DNA from: Balanoglossus misakiensis
Lineage: Eukaryota > Animalia > Hemichordata
DNA: 64,000 nucleotides
NCBI GenBank assembly: GCA_040954595.2
Contig: CM082595.2
Location: forward strand, 4,738,137-4,802,136
Reading direction: 5' to 3'
Shown here piece after piece: positions 1 to 12,740 of the stretch. Made by a program: the position numbers and the translations under genes. The notes beneath the pieces were generated by a model. That model made no database searches and was not told the origin of the DNA. It saw only the letters and a list, made by a program, of their open reading frames with translations. Position 1 is the first letter of the stretch. Each line of letters starts with the position of its first letter.

Positions 1-312
1 GACACATTGGAAAAAAGTTTAATACTTTTTGAGTCACAGACTACCCTAATGCAGATATGTGTGGAGTGAATGTGTGGTATGCATGACTACATGTCTCATG
101 TTATTCTTATCGTTTCGCATCGTTGACACACCTCGTGTACTCCGCGGGAAGAATATGTCTGATGATAGAAACGTATGTAGGTAATGCCCTTTAAAATCTA
201 CTTCGTCAGCCGTGCACGATGTCCGTGAACGATTTACGCCCGGTTTCAGAGCAGAAATGAACCATGAAATTGGCAGTAAACTAATTATGTCGATGATGTA
301 TGCGCCCGCCTA

Positions 313-491
313 GGTCATGTGAGCAAACTTTTTGTGTGCCGTCAATCTGAGGGATGACCAATTATTAATCTGGGTCATGTGAGCAAACTTTTTGTGTGCC
401 GTCAATCTGAGGGATGACTAATTATTAATCTGGGTCATGTGACCAAACTTTTTGTGTGATGTCAATCTGAGGGATGACCAATTATTAATCT
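313..491. repeat. Tandem repeat, 3 x 60 bp
   Basis: The unit GGTCATGTGAGCAAACTTTTTGTGTGCCGTCAATCTGAGGGATGACCAATTATTAATCTG is repeated three times with only a few substitutions. Confidence 0.97.
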
Positions 492-3400
492 TGCAAGTGG
501 ATCCGAATAACTTCCCTCTGCTTTATGCCTCAGACTGTCTGTCTGTCTCTCTTTCTGTCTATCTGTTTATAGTCACGTTGATATGATGTAAAGTGTGCGT
601 ACCGGAATGACCTGACTACTACGTGAACGGACGTCTTAGTTATGTTAATAAAAAAAGTGGCGACGGATATCTAGGGGTCTATCGGAAGCTTTGAAAAACC
701 GAGTGCATCGCACTCTTCAAGAATGTGAAGATATCTTCCAAGCAGTGTAGGCTTTTAATATCAATTGAAGAAAATTGCACACAAAGCTGTCTTATATGTA
801 TGGCTAAGATTATGATGTCCAGCAAATCGAAAGCAGTAAATTCTTAGTTGACCTCATGATAAAAAAGATGTAAAAATATCAGAAAGATACCATTATGCTG
901 TCTTTCCCTGAATGAATAATTGACGATAAAAGCTGATGCTTTTGGATAACGTACCCGATAAATTATGGGATTAAATCCATTTTGCTTTGTGATATACCGC
1001 CGACATGTCCGTGTTATCTGTAATATCAATCCTGTCTTTACAAATCATGACGCTTGTCGGTGATGGAAATAGAAATGGCTGACGAAATAGTTTATGGGCA
1101 GCTACATGTAATTGTTTGTTTGCCGTTTTAAATGGTGACGTCATAGGACAACTTCCTAAACTGAAGTCAAAGAAAGATATGACTGTATTAGCTACTCTCT
1201 GTAAACTTTACCCCTTTGCAATTCCCTGTACATGTTGTGAGATTTGAGTTTAGCAAGGTCAGTATTCCCACGTTTATTCTGTGCCGCCTGATGTCATAGA
1301 TTGTAGTCTTTCCGTAATAGTGTGATTTTCTCTGCATGTCTGTTGACAGCAAAATGGGGAAACATCAGGTGTATGTTTAACTAACTAATCCATTTACTAT
1401 TACGTCTAGATTTGGTTTAAGCCATTCTTTGATAACCCAAGGGGTTAATCTTTTTTTCCAAAACTGTCTAGCGCGTGTCATTGTTCACAGTTGCTAAAAG
1501 TTCACTTCATATGTTGTTGCCATGGGACAACATAAATACAGACAGTTTCTACACATATCTGTTGTGCCAGTCGGGTTCATCAATCCCCCATAATTGATTG
1601 AAAATCCGTTCATATTTTGTTGTCTTTGTATTGCTGTCCCATGCAGATCAAGGATAGTGAAAAACATTTGTCGCATATCTGTGTCAGAGCCATATTTTAT
1701 ATTTAGATGTGGTTCAACAAACCTTGTACCATAATCCGTGTTATACAATGTCCCTATCTTGACCATTTTTCATGTTATAGATTCTTTTTCGTGACAGATA
1801 ACACGATCGATGCTGCTTCGATACTATACACCCTGATACAATAAGAAAAAATGACCTCGCTGTCAGGTCGAGTACAAAGATATAAATTACTACAATCTGT
1901 GGATGAAATCTATTGTTGCAGATTTATCTCAGTCCTAAATGCACATTAAGTTTCCCTGTCGTCCTTGTCTGAAGGTTGATGAGGACAGGCATCCGTTAGG
2001 GAATATCTCACTGAAATAGCAAATGTTGGTGAACGGTGACTTGCAAGCGGTCGTTCGTAACATAGTGTTCACGCGATCAGTCATGTTGGCATAACATTGA
2101 TCTCCACTCCATACCACTGGCAAATGTATTGAAATTGGGTGTCATGAAGAATAATGAAACAATGAATTTCTTATGAGCATTTGTTGAATTTCTCGGAAAC
2201 AAGATGTGTGCTGTGAGAAATGCTCATTCACTTTTAATTTTAAACGATTAAACTTGAGTTTTTTTCTCTGAATAACATTTCCTCTGGGAACCGTAAAATT
2301 CCCCTTGAATCCACACAGGAAATCATAACAAGCAAATGACGGTCTGTGTTCAGAATTGACGTCTCCTCGCAGAGAGCAAAGTGGCCCCTGAGTTCCAGCA
2401 GAGGATCACTGGGTTTATTGACAGATGCTTGACACACGGCTGGGGAAAGTTAAGAAGCCGCGGAGAAATCCCAGCTGCATGATTGCTCTGTGTTCGACGT
2501 CGTCTGGGTTCATCGCACTTGGTGACTTGTGCACCGTCCTGCTTGCCACATTATGCTTCGGTCAGCTGAATTCAGCTAGCGAAGATGATAAGGTTATCGA
2601 GGAGACCAGTAGTTGATGAATCTTTTTACAAACTACAATCTCCAAATTCTAATGTGAGATACGACGTTAGGAAAATACATTGTCGTCACTGAATTACATA
2701 GCCTCAATTACGAACGGCCAACTTTTGTTTCGTCAAGTACTTGGCATCTTGTCCTACATCACTTTTGCAAATTTTACCATGTCAGATAAACAGACAGGCA
2801 GACATGTGATGAAGATTATATTAGTAAACAGAAACATATTGATACTCAGTATATCTGGGTTATAAAACAAATTAAAATGTTGTAAGGATTATTTTTATTG
2901 TCATTTAAGATGCAATCATTTCATAGTCTTGTCATAATAATGATAGTAACCAAAAAATGAGTAATAATGAGTTTTTTGGCCACTAAAATTACAATTTTTT
3001 ATATGCCATTGACCCCAGCACACAGCTGTGGGTTCGTAAATTAAACAATTGGCGGAATCGGATATATGAACTCCCCGTCGGGTGCAAAAGTGCACCGTTA
3101 ACCTGATGATTACCTCACTGCGTGGTACATGTATACATTAATTGCTTTATGTCGTCAGAATAGGTCACACAGTCTCACATATGTCAACATGTAGCGATGT
3201 TATCTTTTATCTACAGCATCGATATATCAATGACTTGCTGAAATAAAGCTAGCTTTGTCACCTTTACGTAATTATTTATTGCTCTTTATTCACCATGCAA
3301 TGCCCTGTAACAATGAGTGGCGATTTAATATCAGCTTTAATACCTTATATGTGTATACAAGATCATTTTATTGTCAATTGATTTTATACATGTTGACGTT

Positions 3401-3879
3401 GTGTGTGAACTGTTCAATGTAAAGTTTTTCAAAGCAATATAATAACTCCACGCCTAAACTGCTGCAACCACCATCCACACTGGGTGTCACAGTCATTTGA
3501 CGACATGAAGTATATAAATAAGATGTGTCATTGAGGAACAGGTTTATGGCCTAGTTAAGATCACAGAAAATGATGATGATGATGATGACAGTGATGTGAT
3601 GTGAGGATTTACAGGTTGACCAATCAACAATCTCACATTGTAAATAAACATCAGTGGAACAGCGCCTTTATATATTGTTACAGAATTTCTTGGTGAAGAG
3701 TGTTACGAGAGTTAAAGAAGAATAATCACGCTGTTTCCATGTAACAGAACTCGGAAGAAGATTGCGTCAGAGAATCACAAGAGTGTAAAAATAAATGGCC
3801 GCTCGCTGTTAACAAATTGGCGTGGAAGTGTAACTGTATACAGACCTGCAGAAATAAGACCACAAGTTTTAATGTGGTT

Positions 3880-4376
3880 TACTCAACGCCTACTGCGATT
3901 GCTGGCCCACCTTCAACGCAGAAAAGAGCAGGGAATACAGGAGTGGGGTCCTGCAGTGTCGGAATCCAGTTGCAAAGTCCAATCTTCGCAGGAACTCTGT
4001 GGTGTTCTCCAGAAACGAGGCTGTCATTAATGTATGCACGTAGAAATAAGTATACGTATTAGTACGCTGTACGCAGTTGCATATCTGAACCGCTGGTCGC
4101 CACTTCTGCGATGCCCGGGGGAATCACGAGTGATTAAATAGTTTCACCGTTCAGCAAGGCATTGTGGGAGTTCGGAAATTTCGAGGGCCCAGCTTTGATA
4201 TCGGGCACACACTCTTGACATAACAACCAGATTTTCCCTGGCAGATCAACAAACTGTCGGGTGTGCACTACAAAGTTATTAGCCGTGATAGAAAAAGCCA
4301 CTGACACCTGCTTCGCGGATTCTGGATGCTTATTACGCTGAACAGACTGTTCAGAGAAGAAAACCACACAGACCCT
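3880..4376 (-). mobile_element. Decayed Penelope-like retroelement reverse transcriptase fragment
   Basis: Minus-strand translation across stops and a frameshift gives ...ESAKQVS...PDIKAGPSKFPNSHN...IPPGIAEVATSGSDMQLRTAY*YVYLFLRAYIN / TASFLENTTEFLRRL. This is collinear with the Penelope-like RT pattern as I recall it: EAxRQLS...KAGRFYLLPKIHK...PPGRPIVSxxGS...AYVDxFLxPYV...SYIKDTTDFLRRL. Judged by eye only. Confidence 0.5.
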
Positions 4377-4504
4377 TGCTCAGTTGATGGAAAGCCGAGA
4401 CCAACCTATGCTCAGTTGATGGGAAGCCGAGACCAACCTATGCTCAGTTGATGGAAAGCCAAGACCAACCTATGCTCAGTTGATGGAAAGCCAAGACCAA
4501 CCTA
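4377..4504. repeat. Tandem repeat, 4 x 32 bp
   Basis: The unit TGCTCAGTTGATGGAAAGCC(G/A)AGACCAACCTA starts at 4377, 4409, 4441 and 4473. Confidence 0.97.
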
Positions 4505-4630
4505 ATCAAGCATGTTTGTCTAGCCTGAATGTAAGTGTATGAGGATGAAAGTTAACGTTCATTCCCTCCATAACCCCCGACAAGCGAATGTACGTTCTAT
4601 GTTTCTCCGCAGTCATAGTTATTCAAATTA

Positions 4631-4838
4631 CTGTAAAACACTTTATTTTCACGAGTTAAATTTTTCGCGATATCGAGAGAGGCCACTTTTTCGCGTGTAT
4701 TAATTTTCGCGTTCTCTTATTTCATTCACTGCATCATTATCTTCAAAAACAATTTACGCGACTTTTTATATTCACGCTATTTTGGCTCTCGCGTATTTGG
4801 CGAAAATTAATTGCTCGCGAAAATAAAGTGTTTTACAG
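4631..4838 (+). mobile_element. MITE, ~208 bp, TA target site (Tc1/mariner superfamily, Tc2/pogo-like ends), copy 1
   Basis: Terminal inverted repeats CTGTAAAACACTTTATTTTC...GAAAATAAAGTGTTTTACAG are flanked by TA on both sides. A second copy is at 36734-36939. Confidence 0.92.
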
Positions 4839-7800
4839 TATATCACAAAGGACACCATCCTGTAAACTCTCAAATGTGCCTGTCTATGTTATGACAAGTC
4901 TATTGGATTTGTTACTAGACCTTGGGTGGTTACACACACTAGAAATGGCAAAAAAACGTAGTTCACGAAATGTACAGATTTCAATCAGATTGATTTTACA
5001 TTCCTCGTGCAGGGTCGAACGGTAAGTTTCAAAGCACACTGCTTTGCATTGTAATGTGAACGATTTAACTTTCCTGATAACGCACCCCATTACACCGCGC
5101 CAGCTGCCAATAACAAAATGCGAACTCGTTGCATATAATAAATGTTTATCTTCGACCCTATTGTCATAAGCAGCTTTAATTTGCTTGTATGGGTTTTAAT
5201 TCTGGCCATTTATACTCTGCGCGACCTGAAAACACGCATTTTCTGAAACAAACCAGGTTTTGAATAATATTTGATAGCTGGCGAAGACCAAGGAGTTGAG
5301 TATACATAATATACATATATGTAATATATCCTCTCCCGGATAAGATTTGCCAAAAATGTCAAAATACCGATTGGGTTATGTGATAGCAGCATTGACAGTA
5401 CATATGACCATATACTGCAAACTTATGCGAAAGCTAGAGTTAAAGTTTGTGCTGGCCTAGCTAATATAAACTATCCTCAACTTTAGGCAGTAGACATTAA
5501 CTTATCATATCGTCATACATCACGGATGTTCACAGTTGTATTTTCGAAGCCCGGTTGCTTATACCTTGGCCGTACTTCACACAGTCTTTAAAGAACGTAA
5601 AAAAATAAAAATGATTTAATATCAGTCCACTCAAATTATAACAATCTCTGTCAAATTCAACAGGCATTCCATTAGGTAAACATTTAGACACCATCACGAT
5701 TTTCCCTGGCCACAGACATAATTGATAGTCTTCCGGGAACCCAACGCCATTTGTACTATTAAACATTAGACAACATGCGCAGCCGGCGCAGTAGACATGC
5801 AGTTTACTGCGGCAAAGGTCAGGGACGGGGCCGTTCGGACGATGCGCAGCGAAAAACCAATTTCCGAGTTCAAAAAAGTGCTCCGAGAGTAACAAAACTG
5901 GCAAGTCGAATAAAAATCAGTCATCTGTATCGTATTATCGTTTTGAAAAAAGGTTATACGCGTTCACGTAAAGCATGTAGCTCAGAGGACATGATAGAGA
6001 CTTTTTTTAAGGAAACGATTCTGCAGTGTGGAACATACGGTGCAAACACTGCAGTTATTAATAACGGTGGGTGAATATTAAAAAAAAGATAACCTCATCG
6101 ATCTTGGTGAAATTTCCATGGAATCCATCAAAAGGGTGTCCGATTCACTAAAACACGTAGAGATAATTTGCAAATGCGAATGACAATAGACCGAGCGAGT
6201 GAAAGCTTTGCTTGTATGTGAAGGCCATCATTCATCATGACAGTATGGTAAACCATTCACCCTATTCCATCACCAATGTAATCAAGCGTTAAACGTGTTT
6301 ATCATGGCGAATATCGCACCTGCTAGAAAAATATAGTGGTGGTGTGAAATTATAAATCATTGCAACATCTCAATAGAGAATAAATAATATATGGTGTATT
6401 CTTGGTGGCATATATTTGTGATTTTTATGTCTGGCTAGCTTGTATTACTATATTCAATGATTAACTTGTCTTGCTTTTACATGTTGGACATTTCGAGATG
6501 TTTCGGAAATGAAAATTGAAACCGTGACACTGTGGGGGATACTCTAAGCTTTTTTGTTTGCTGCAAGATATATGGTGTGAAACAGTGGTAGTTCCGTCGA
6601 TTGCTCGTCTATATTTTCCCACCAGGTCTACGAGAGGTGTCTTCCGTCACGAGTGGTTTCTGTCCTTCCGCAGTCAACTCTTCATCTCCGGCTCTCGGGG
6701 GAATTGCCGGCTAATATTTGCATTCACCAAGCTGTTTCTCGCACCACAAAAACCTGTGATAAATGGTGTGTAGGTAGTAGATAGAACTGTTAGTGGCCGG
6801 TAGGTATATTTTGTTAACACTTCCAAGAATTGTTGAATGCACCAGGACGCCGGTTGTTGTATTATTCATTTCCTTTCAACCGCCGCGCTTTATATGCGAT
6901 ACGCCTTGCAGGCGAAACTCGCTCGTTGTCCTCCATTGGGAGTGCGATGCATTACAGCTCCCTTGTGTTTTAACATTTATGAAATATTGTTAATCGTCAC
7001 AAGTACCTTCTTGTCACTACACTTCCTTTGCCGATAGCTGTATCTACTTCCACCTTTTTAGTATCAACTTTTGGACCTTGTATAGGTGCTCCCGAATGGC
7101 ATTTTTGTAATTAGACCCCCTATAACAGTCTCCCACCTAAAGTGCACTAGTTAAATCCACAGTAAAAACAACTACACTGTCTCTTGCTCGAACTCCACAT
7201 TTTCTGCACAGTAAAAATAGTTGCTTTGATTTCTGTAAATCTGTTGATAGCCACCCTGTGTTTTTGAGCATTCAAAAGAAATACTATTAATATCTTATAA
7301 CATTACAAACTGAAAAAGTAAGATGGGAACGCCTTGTTTTCTCTTTATTTTTTGTATTTAAATTTCATTGATATACAACATAATATATAAAATCAGGAAA
7401 ATGACAATAGTCTAAAATTTGAGTAGACCACTCCCTTAATGCAGGCGTCCTGAAAACTATATGCAGTTCAGTGCGGACATGCCGTGGGGAAAGACTATAC
7501 TATCACTCAATGAAATAGCCACTGCATGAATTTTTCAGTGTTCCTGCAAAAGTACAAAGGCGGCGATAAAGTCGCTCTGTGACTTCCCTCGCGACAAGCT
7601 TTCAAAGCGAAGTCGGAGCAGATGCGAAAGTGACAATAATTACTCCTTTCAAATTTTAATACACAGCTATTATGGGATATGTAGAAGTAAATAGAAACGC
7701 GTTTATATTTATACGGTGTCCATTGCCAGGTCTCCGAGGCTGTAAAATTAAACAGATACCCATTAAGGCCAGGGAAGGCTATTAAAAGGTGTGTTCCCGG

Positions 7801-9178
7801 TGTAAAACTAAAAATAGTTTTTTTCCCCTGATTGCAGCCTATGCCATTATTGTTTGCATCGAAGATAATTCATGTTTAACGACTGCATCGTGGCGAAAGT
7901 ATTTCATTATTTCTGTTCCAGGAAAAGCTGTTTTGTCGTAATTGCTCGTTATGAATTTTACAACTTCAGTATAATATACATGTATGTGGGCTCCCGTTTT
8001 GTCTACCAACCAGTTCCTCATAAATCGTCTAGCGTAAAACTGTGGATTTACTTCAGCAAAGGGGGGGGGGGGGTAATTTCGTACAGGTGGATCAAATAAG
8101 AGATATGCCTCCCCAAAGTTTTGGACCTTGTTACTGAAAAAAATAGGTTATGAAAACTCTATGTTCTATTTACTACATTTTGCTGGAACATAATTATGTG
8201 TAATTAATGAATTTTAGGAAAAGTAGCATAATACGATTCGATATCGGATATTTTGGAGAGACAATTTCAACTTTTCCACTGGACTGTGACATTTTCTGTT
8301 CTGCAAAAAACTGAGGATAATCTTGGCGAAACGACACCGCCGCAAGCCACGGTAATTGCAAGAATAACTCGAAGGCGAACTGTATGAATTTGAAATGAAG
8401 CCGAGCTTTGAGGAGATTGTGGATGTGTAATTGTTGAGAAACTGGGGCCATGTTCTGCCCTTTTTAAGAAGCCATGTAATTTTCGCAGCCAGGACTTTTC
8501 TGGCAATCAAGATTTGACTTTCCTTTGAATTGCAAGGCTTTACTGCCGCTTCTGTAGTCTCCGAACGACGATGCAAATTACACTCAGTTGAAACGCTGAA
8601 TAATTTACAACTTGTGGTTAAAAATGAGAGTATTTTGATAGGTGATGTTTATCTATAAATATTGTTAGTGACATGAACTATAAACACGAAAAAGGATGAT
8701 GCACTGTTAGTGTTAAAACATGCAACAACATGTGTTTAATTAGAAGAGACTGGCCAGCTAAGAAGAGATGGGGTCAAAGGTCAAATACGCGAGGCTGTCA
8801 TCCGTCAAAATATCATTAACTATCATTGTAACTTAGATTAATCCGTCACCCCGCATATATGGTCTGGGTTGATTGAGAGATGACCCAATACTTAAATGAT
8901 TGGCATGAGGGTAGCTGTCTGTCAGGCTGAGATGGTACACGGAATTGAGCAATCATCCGTTTTGATCTGTTTAACTATAACTAAGCGTAATTAACAAATG
9001 AAACACTTGATTGAGTAGCTTTAGGGTGTCGGGTCAGTGCATCTGAAAACTCTCTTTTTATTCATTTCTGAGTAAATGCCAGATATCAAAGCAAACTAAT
9101 AACACGTGCACAATGCAAATGTCACTAAAGTACCTTCTGCACCGAAGCGGGTGTTTTAGAAAAGAGTCTGACACAGGA

Positions 9179-9371
9179 GGGCGGATATCCGATACATAAT
9201 CCACGTGATTTTATATATAGGCGACGCAATGCAGGAGGTAGACATACCAGTACCTGCAGCTACTGTACTCTAAGTAACTGTCTCATCGTCATCACCCGGT
9301 ATCGCTGAATGATCTGAAGCGAATTCCTGGTGAAAACCTGTCTGTCCCTTCGGACACACTGTAAGGTAAGC
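9179..9371 (+). promoter_or_regulatory. Candidate core promoter plus short non-coding first exon (~9244-9365)
   Basis: GC box GGGCGG 9179-9184, E-box CACGTG 9202-9207 and TATATATAG 9212-9220 occur in the expected order. About 120 nt later is a strong donor AAG|GTAAGC at 9366. Confidence 0.5.
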
Positions 9372-12300
9372 CACCAGGTGATTCAATGAATCTGTTCTCA
9401 GAAAGGTCGTATGTTAGTCTGATCGTTTAATAGCACCAAATTATAGCAGATTTCTGCTCTCTTGTGACTGCCGAGTTTTATTTTGGATTAGTCTTTGGAT
9501 TAGCTATTGATTATTTTTCAACTTTAGAGGTTGAAGTCTGCCTACATGTCTGTGCAGCTCGTATGTATCATGTCAGACGTGGATTGTTTAAATTGGAAAA
9601 AATAAACACCAATTGAAAAATTTTGATCAAAAGTAGGTGTACTGCAAATACAACCACAAATATATGTGCAATCTATCTCCAATGAAGAAATATGCATGTA
9701 ACATAACGGGGTATTTCAATAGTCTAGTCTAAATTATCATTCACAAGCTGATATTTTGTCATTTTTATGGTCGGTTAGAAGGTATCCACTTAGAGAGAGA
9801 AACACGCATCCGTCACTCATACAGGAATCACACCAGGCCACCTTTCTTCTTTTTTATATTCTAGCCGACAGTAACCGGTGTTTTATCGCTTCTGTCGTAA
9901 ATTGCTTCCGCGAGACTCCAAGAGTTAAATTTCTAACGACTGAGAGGGCGCATTGGGACAATGAAATATTAAGTACACTATTTTGCACCGTTAGAATCGC
10001 CAGACTCGCTCCTCACACCTTTGTAAGTCTCCGACAGAGGAGAAACTCTGATTTCAGGTGTTAAAATGCCAGAACACAGAACTTTGAAATAGCGCTCAAG
10101 AGAAAGAAATGCGCGCCAAGGGACCATAGATAATTCACGCGATGAAAAATTTATGATTAGAACATCGTCATTACAGTACACCCCTCCTAAAATATATTTG
10201 CCTCACCCCAAACATAAAGTAAAAGGAGATAAATGTATATCTATTTCAAGGTTGTGATATTTACTGACCATAGCTACAGTGAAAGAATTATTTTCTTGAT
10301 GAGTGTTAGAGTCTTCGAAGGCCTGTTTGGTGGTGTTCTTTTCACTTGGCCACCCTGTGAAAATATGTGTTTGGCTACATGTCATCTTTCATAATTTATA
10401 TCAGTGTCTGAGGGAAGGCATTTGATACTTATAAGGTGCGATTTCCATTAACGCAACCTTTCATTGGAGTGACCGTGCACAATTGAGTCTTCATTAACCG
10501 ATTTCCCCAAAAACAGTTCACGTTCAGAATTTGGATTTGCAGCGAGATTATGCAAAGAATCGCTAAAGGCGGCCGCTTTATAAATATGAGCAAATAATTT
10601 CCCACCACGTACGTGCCTAATAGGACTTTATGTTCATTTCATCATCGCCCATGCCCTTGTACTCCGAGTCACTGTTTGCCATTTGTTGAAGAAGTCAAAT
10701 ATACTAAGTATTATGTTCTCTCACACACTGGTATTATGTATCATTCCAACTAAAATTTGATAGTCTCAGTTTGTTTATACGAGTCACTATGATTGCAAAA
10801 GGTATTTTATTAAATAAGAAGCAATCACCTTTCCCCTTGGCAAACAAAACGGATATCGTCAAGTGTGCCTTAGCTAAACAATCACAATTTCTACTAAGTG
10901 ATGATCATTTCGCATTCGCCGCCTATAGAGACCCGGGATTGAAAACTGCACCTGTCTTTGAATCACCAAGACTTTCATTACAGAAGTTGCCTCATGTATC
11001 CAGGTCGTTCAATTGTCGCCCTGCAACCTGTGTGTGGAAAAGAGAAATTGAGAGAAAACAAAAACGCAAATTTCCAATAGATGCTTGTGGGATTGGGTAA
11101 TTATCTGACGCGGGTAAATATACCAGTAAGGGGACAGGGTAAATATCTGTCATGTAAAGGTAACGGCATTTGTGTTGTTGAACAATGTAAATCTTTTAAC
11201 TTTTGACTTTCTCCGAGCCAAAACACCCATTCAATAATTTTGTTGTTTCTCAGGACATCCCGAACCAATTTCTCACTTACAAATCTGAGCACGTGCACAC
11301 ACTTATGGGACAGAATAGTATTGACACCCGGCATGACATCTGACCTTGTCGGTAATGAGAGACTGTGCAGTGTGAAGTGCTGATTCTGGAAAGTGGGAAA
11401 CAAATCGACCAAATGAATAGCCATTTTCACAACATATAGCTAGACAATGTGGCAGAAGTAAAGGCCAATGTCGGTGAACTATAGCGAAATGCGTAGGAAG
11501 GTGTCTAGTGAGCTGGCGTTCTTCTCAGTTGCAAGTATGCAAATTAGAAGCAAATATGCAAATTAGAAGTACTAGTTTACAAGATAGGCTAATAGTCATC
11601 AACAAAAATAGACAAATTTTTCAGCTTATCGAATGAAGAAAGTGAATAGGGAAATGCCAGTTGGGCATCACATTTTCCTGGGAAAGTCCTTGCAACGTCT
11701 GTCCGACGTGGTTTCAATATAGGTACATAGCAGGCTACAGAGACCTTTGCAATATACAGAACCAACATAGGCGACAGCGTTCTATGAAACACACTCAAAA
11801 GACCCCGCTAATCTCCTCGTGCGACCCCTCCCTACAATGTGCAACTATAATCTCAAAACCCGTAAGAATGTGTAATCTTCCTCTTTACAATGTCGCACCG
11901 AATGGTGCATTTCTGTTGAAAAATACCGGTGATCTTAGTAACCTGAACGCCCTGGTAACTGAACGGAACCTATTCGCGTTTGTATATGTACCTGGCTGTG
12001 AGGCGTATTTCCCCCTTCTGTGAAGAAAATTGTAATTATGAAAATTCTGAGGGAAGTATAAGGCTGTTATAGGGTTACACAATGAACGTCATTACCCGGA
12101 TGTTTGGAGTGCCGTAACCGTCAGATCCTTTTTGATACAGCCATATAATAGGCAATTAACTGGTATGCAGAAATGAAGATAATTGTCAGGGAGGAATATT
12201 TCCTCTCCGTTTTGCCGAAAACTAATCAACTGTGTTCCAGCAATGCCATTCCTGAGTGAATCACTTCTGTGGCCCGGATTGCTAATTCTCTGTAGGGATT

Positions 12301-12632
12301 TTTTTTGCATCGGTGCTATAAATTGCGAGATACAGGCAAAGTCTTGTTGAGGCTCTGAATATTTTATTATGTGACACTGATCCGCTTATCAATGGCAAGC
12401 CATCATCGTTTCCTAATTGAGCGTGTGTAGTCCATGTGGAATTGGGCAAGATATAGAGGATAAATTAGCAACAGAGCAGTTCCTATTGAGAACAGTGTAG
12501 ATCAATACAAAGAAGTAACGAATTCTGTCTGTACACTCGTTACTGATATAACTTCAATCATCGCACGTGCGAGGCTACCCATACTGCAGTCGTACAACGA
12601 GCATGTCTCAGGACAGTTTAAGGCGATGCTTT

Positions 12633-12740
12633 CATACATACATACATACATACATACGGTACATACATATACCTACGGTACATACATACATACATACATA
12701 CATACATACACATACATACATACATACATACATACATACA
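12633..12740. repeat. (CATA)n microsatellite, interrupted
   Basis: Directly visible CATA run. Confidence 0.95.

Noticed and set aside
313-4504. The 60-bp and 32-bp arrays as CRISPR-like loci
   Set aside because: The units are contiguous with no unique spacers, no cas genes are present, and the context is eukaryotic.
8194-8576. All three minus-strand frames open at once
   Set aside because: None of the peptides resembles a known family and there is no splice or codon-bias support, so this is most likely chance.
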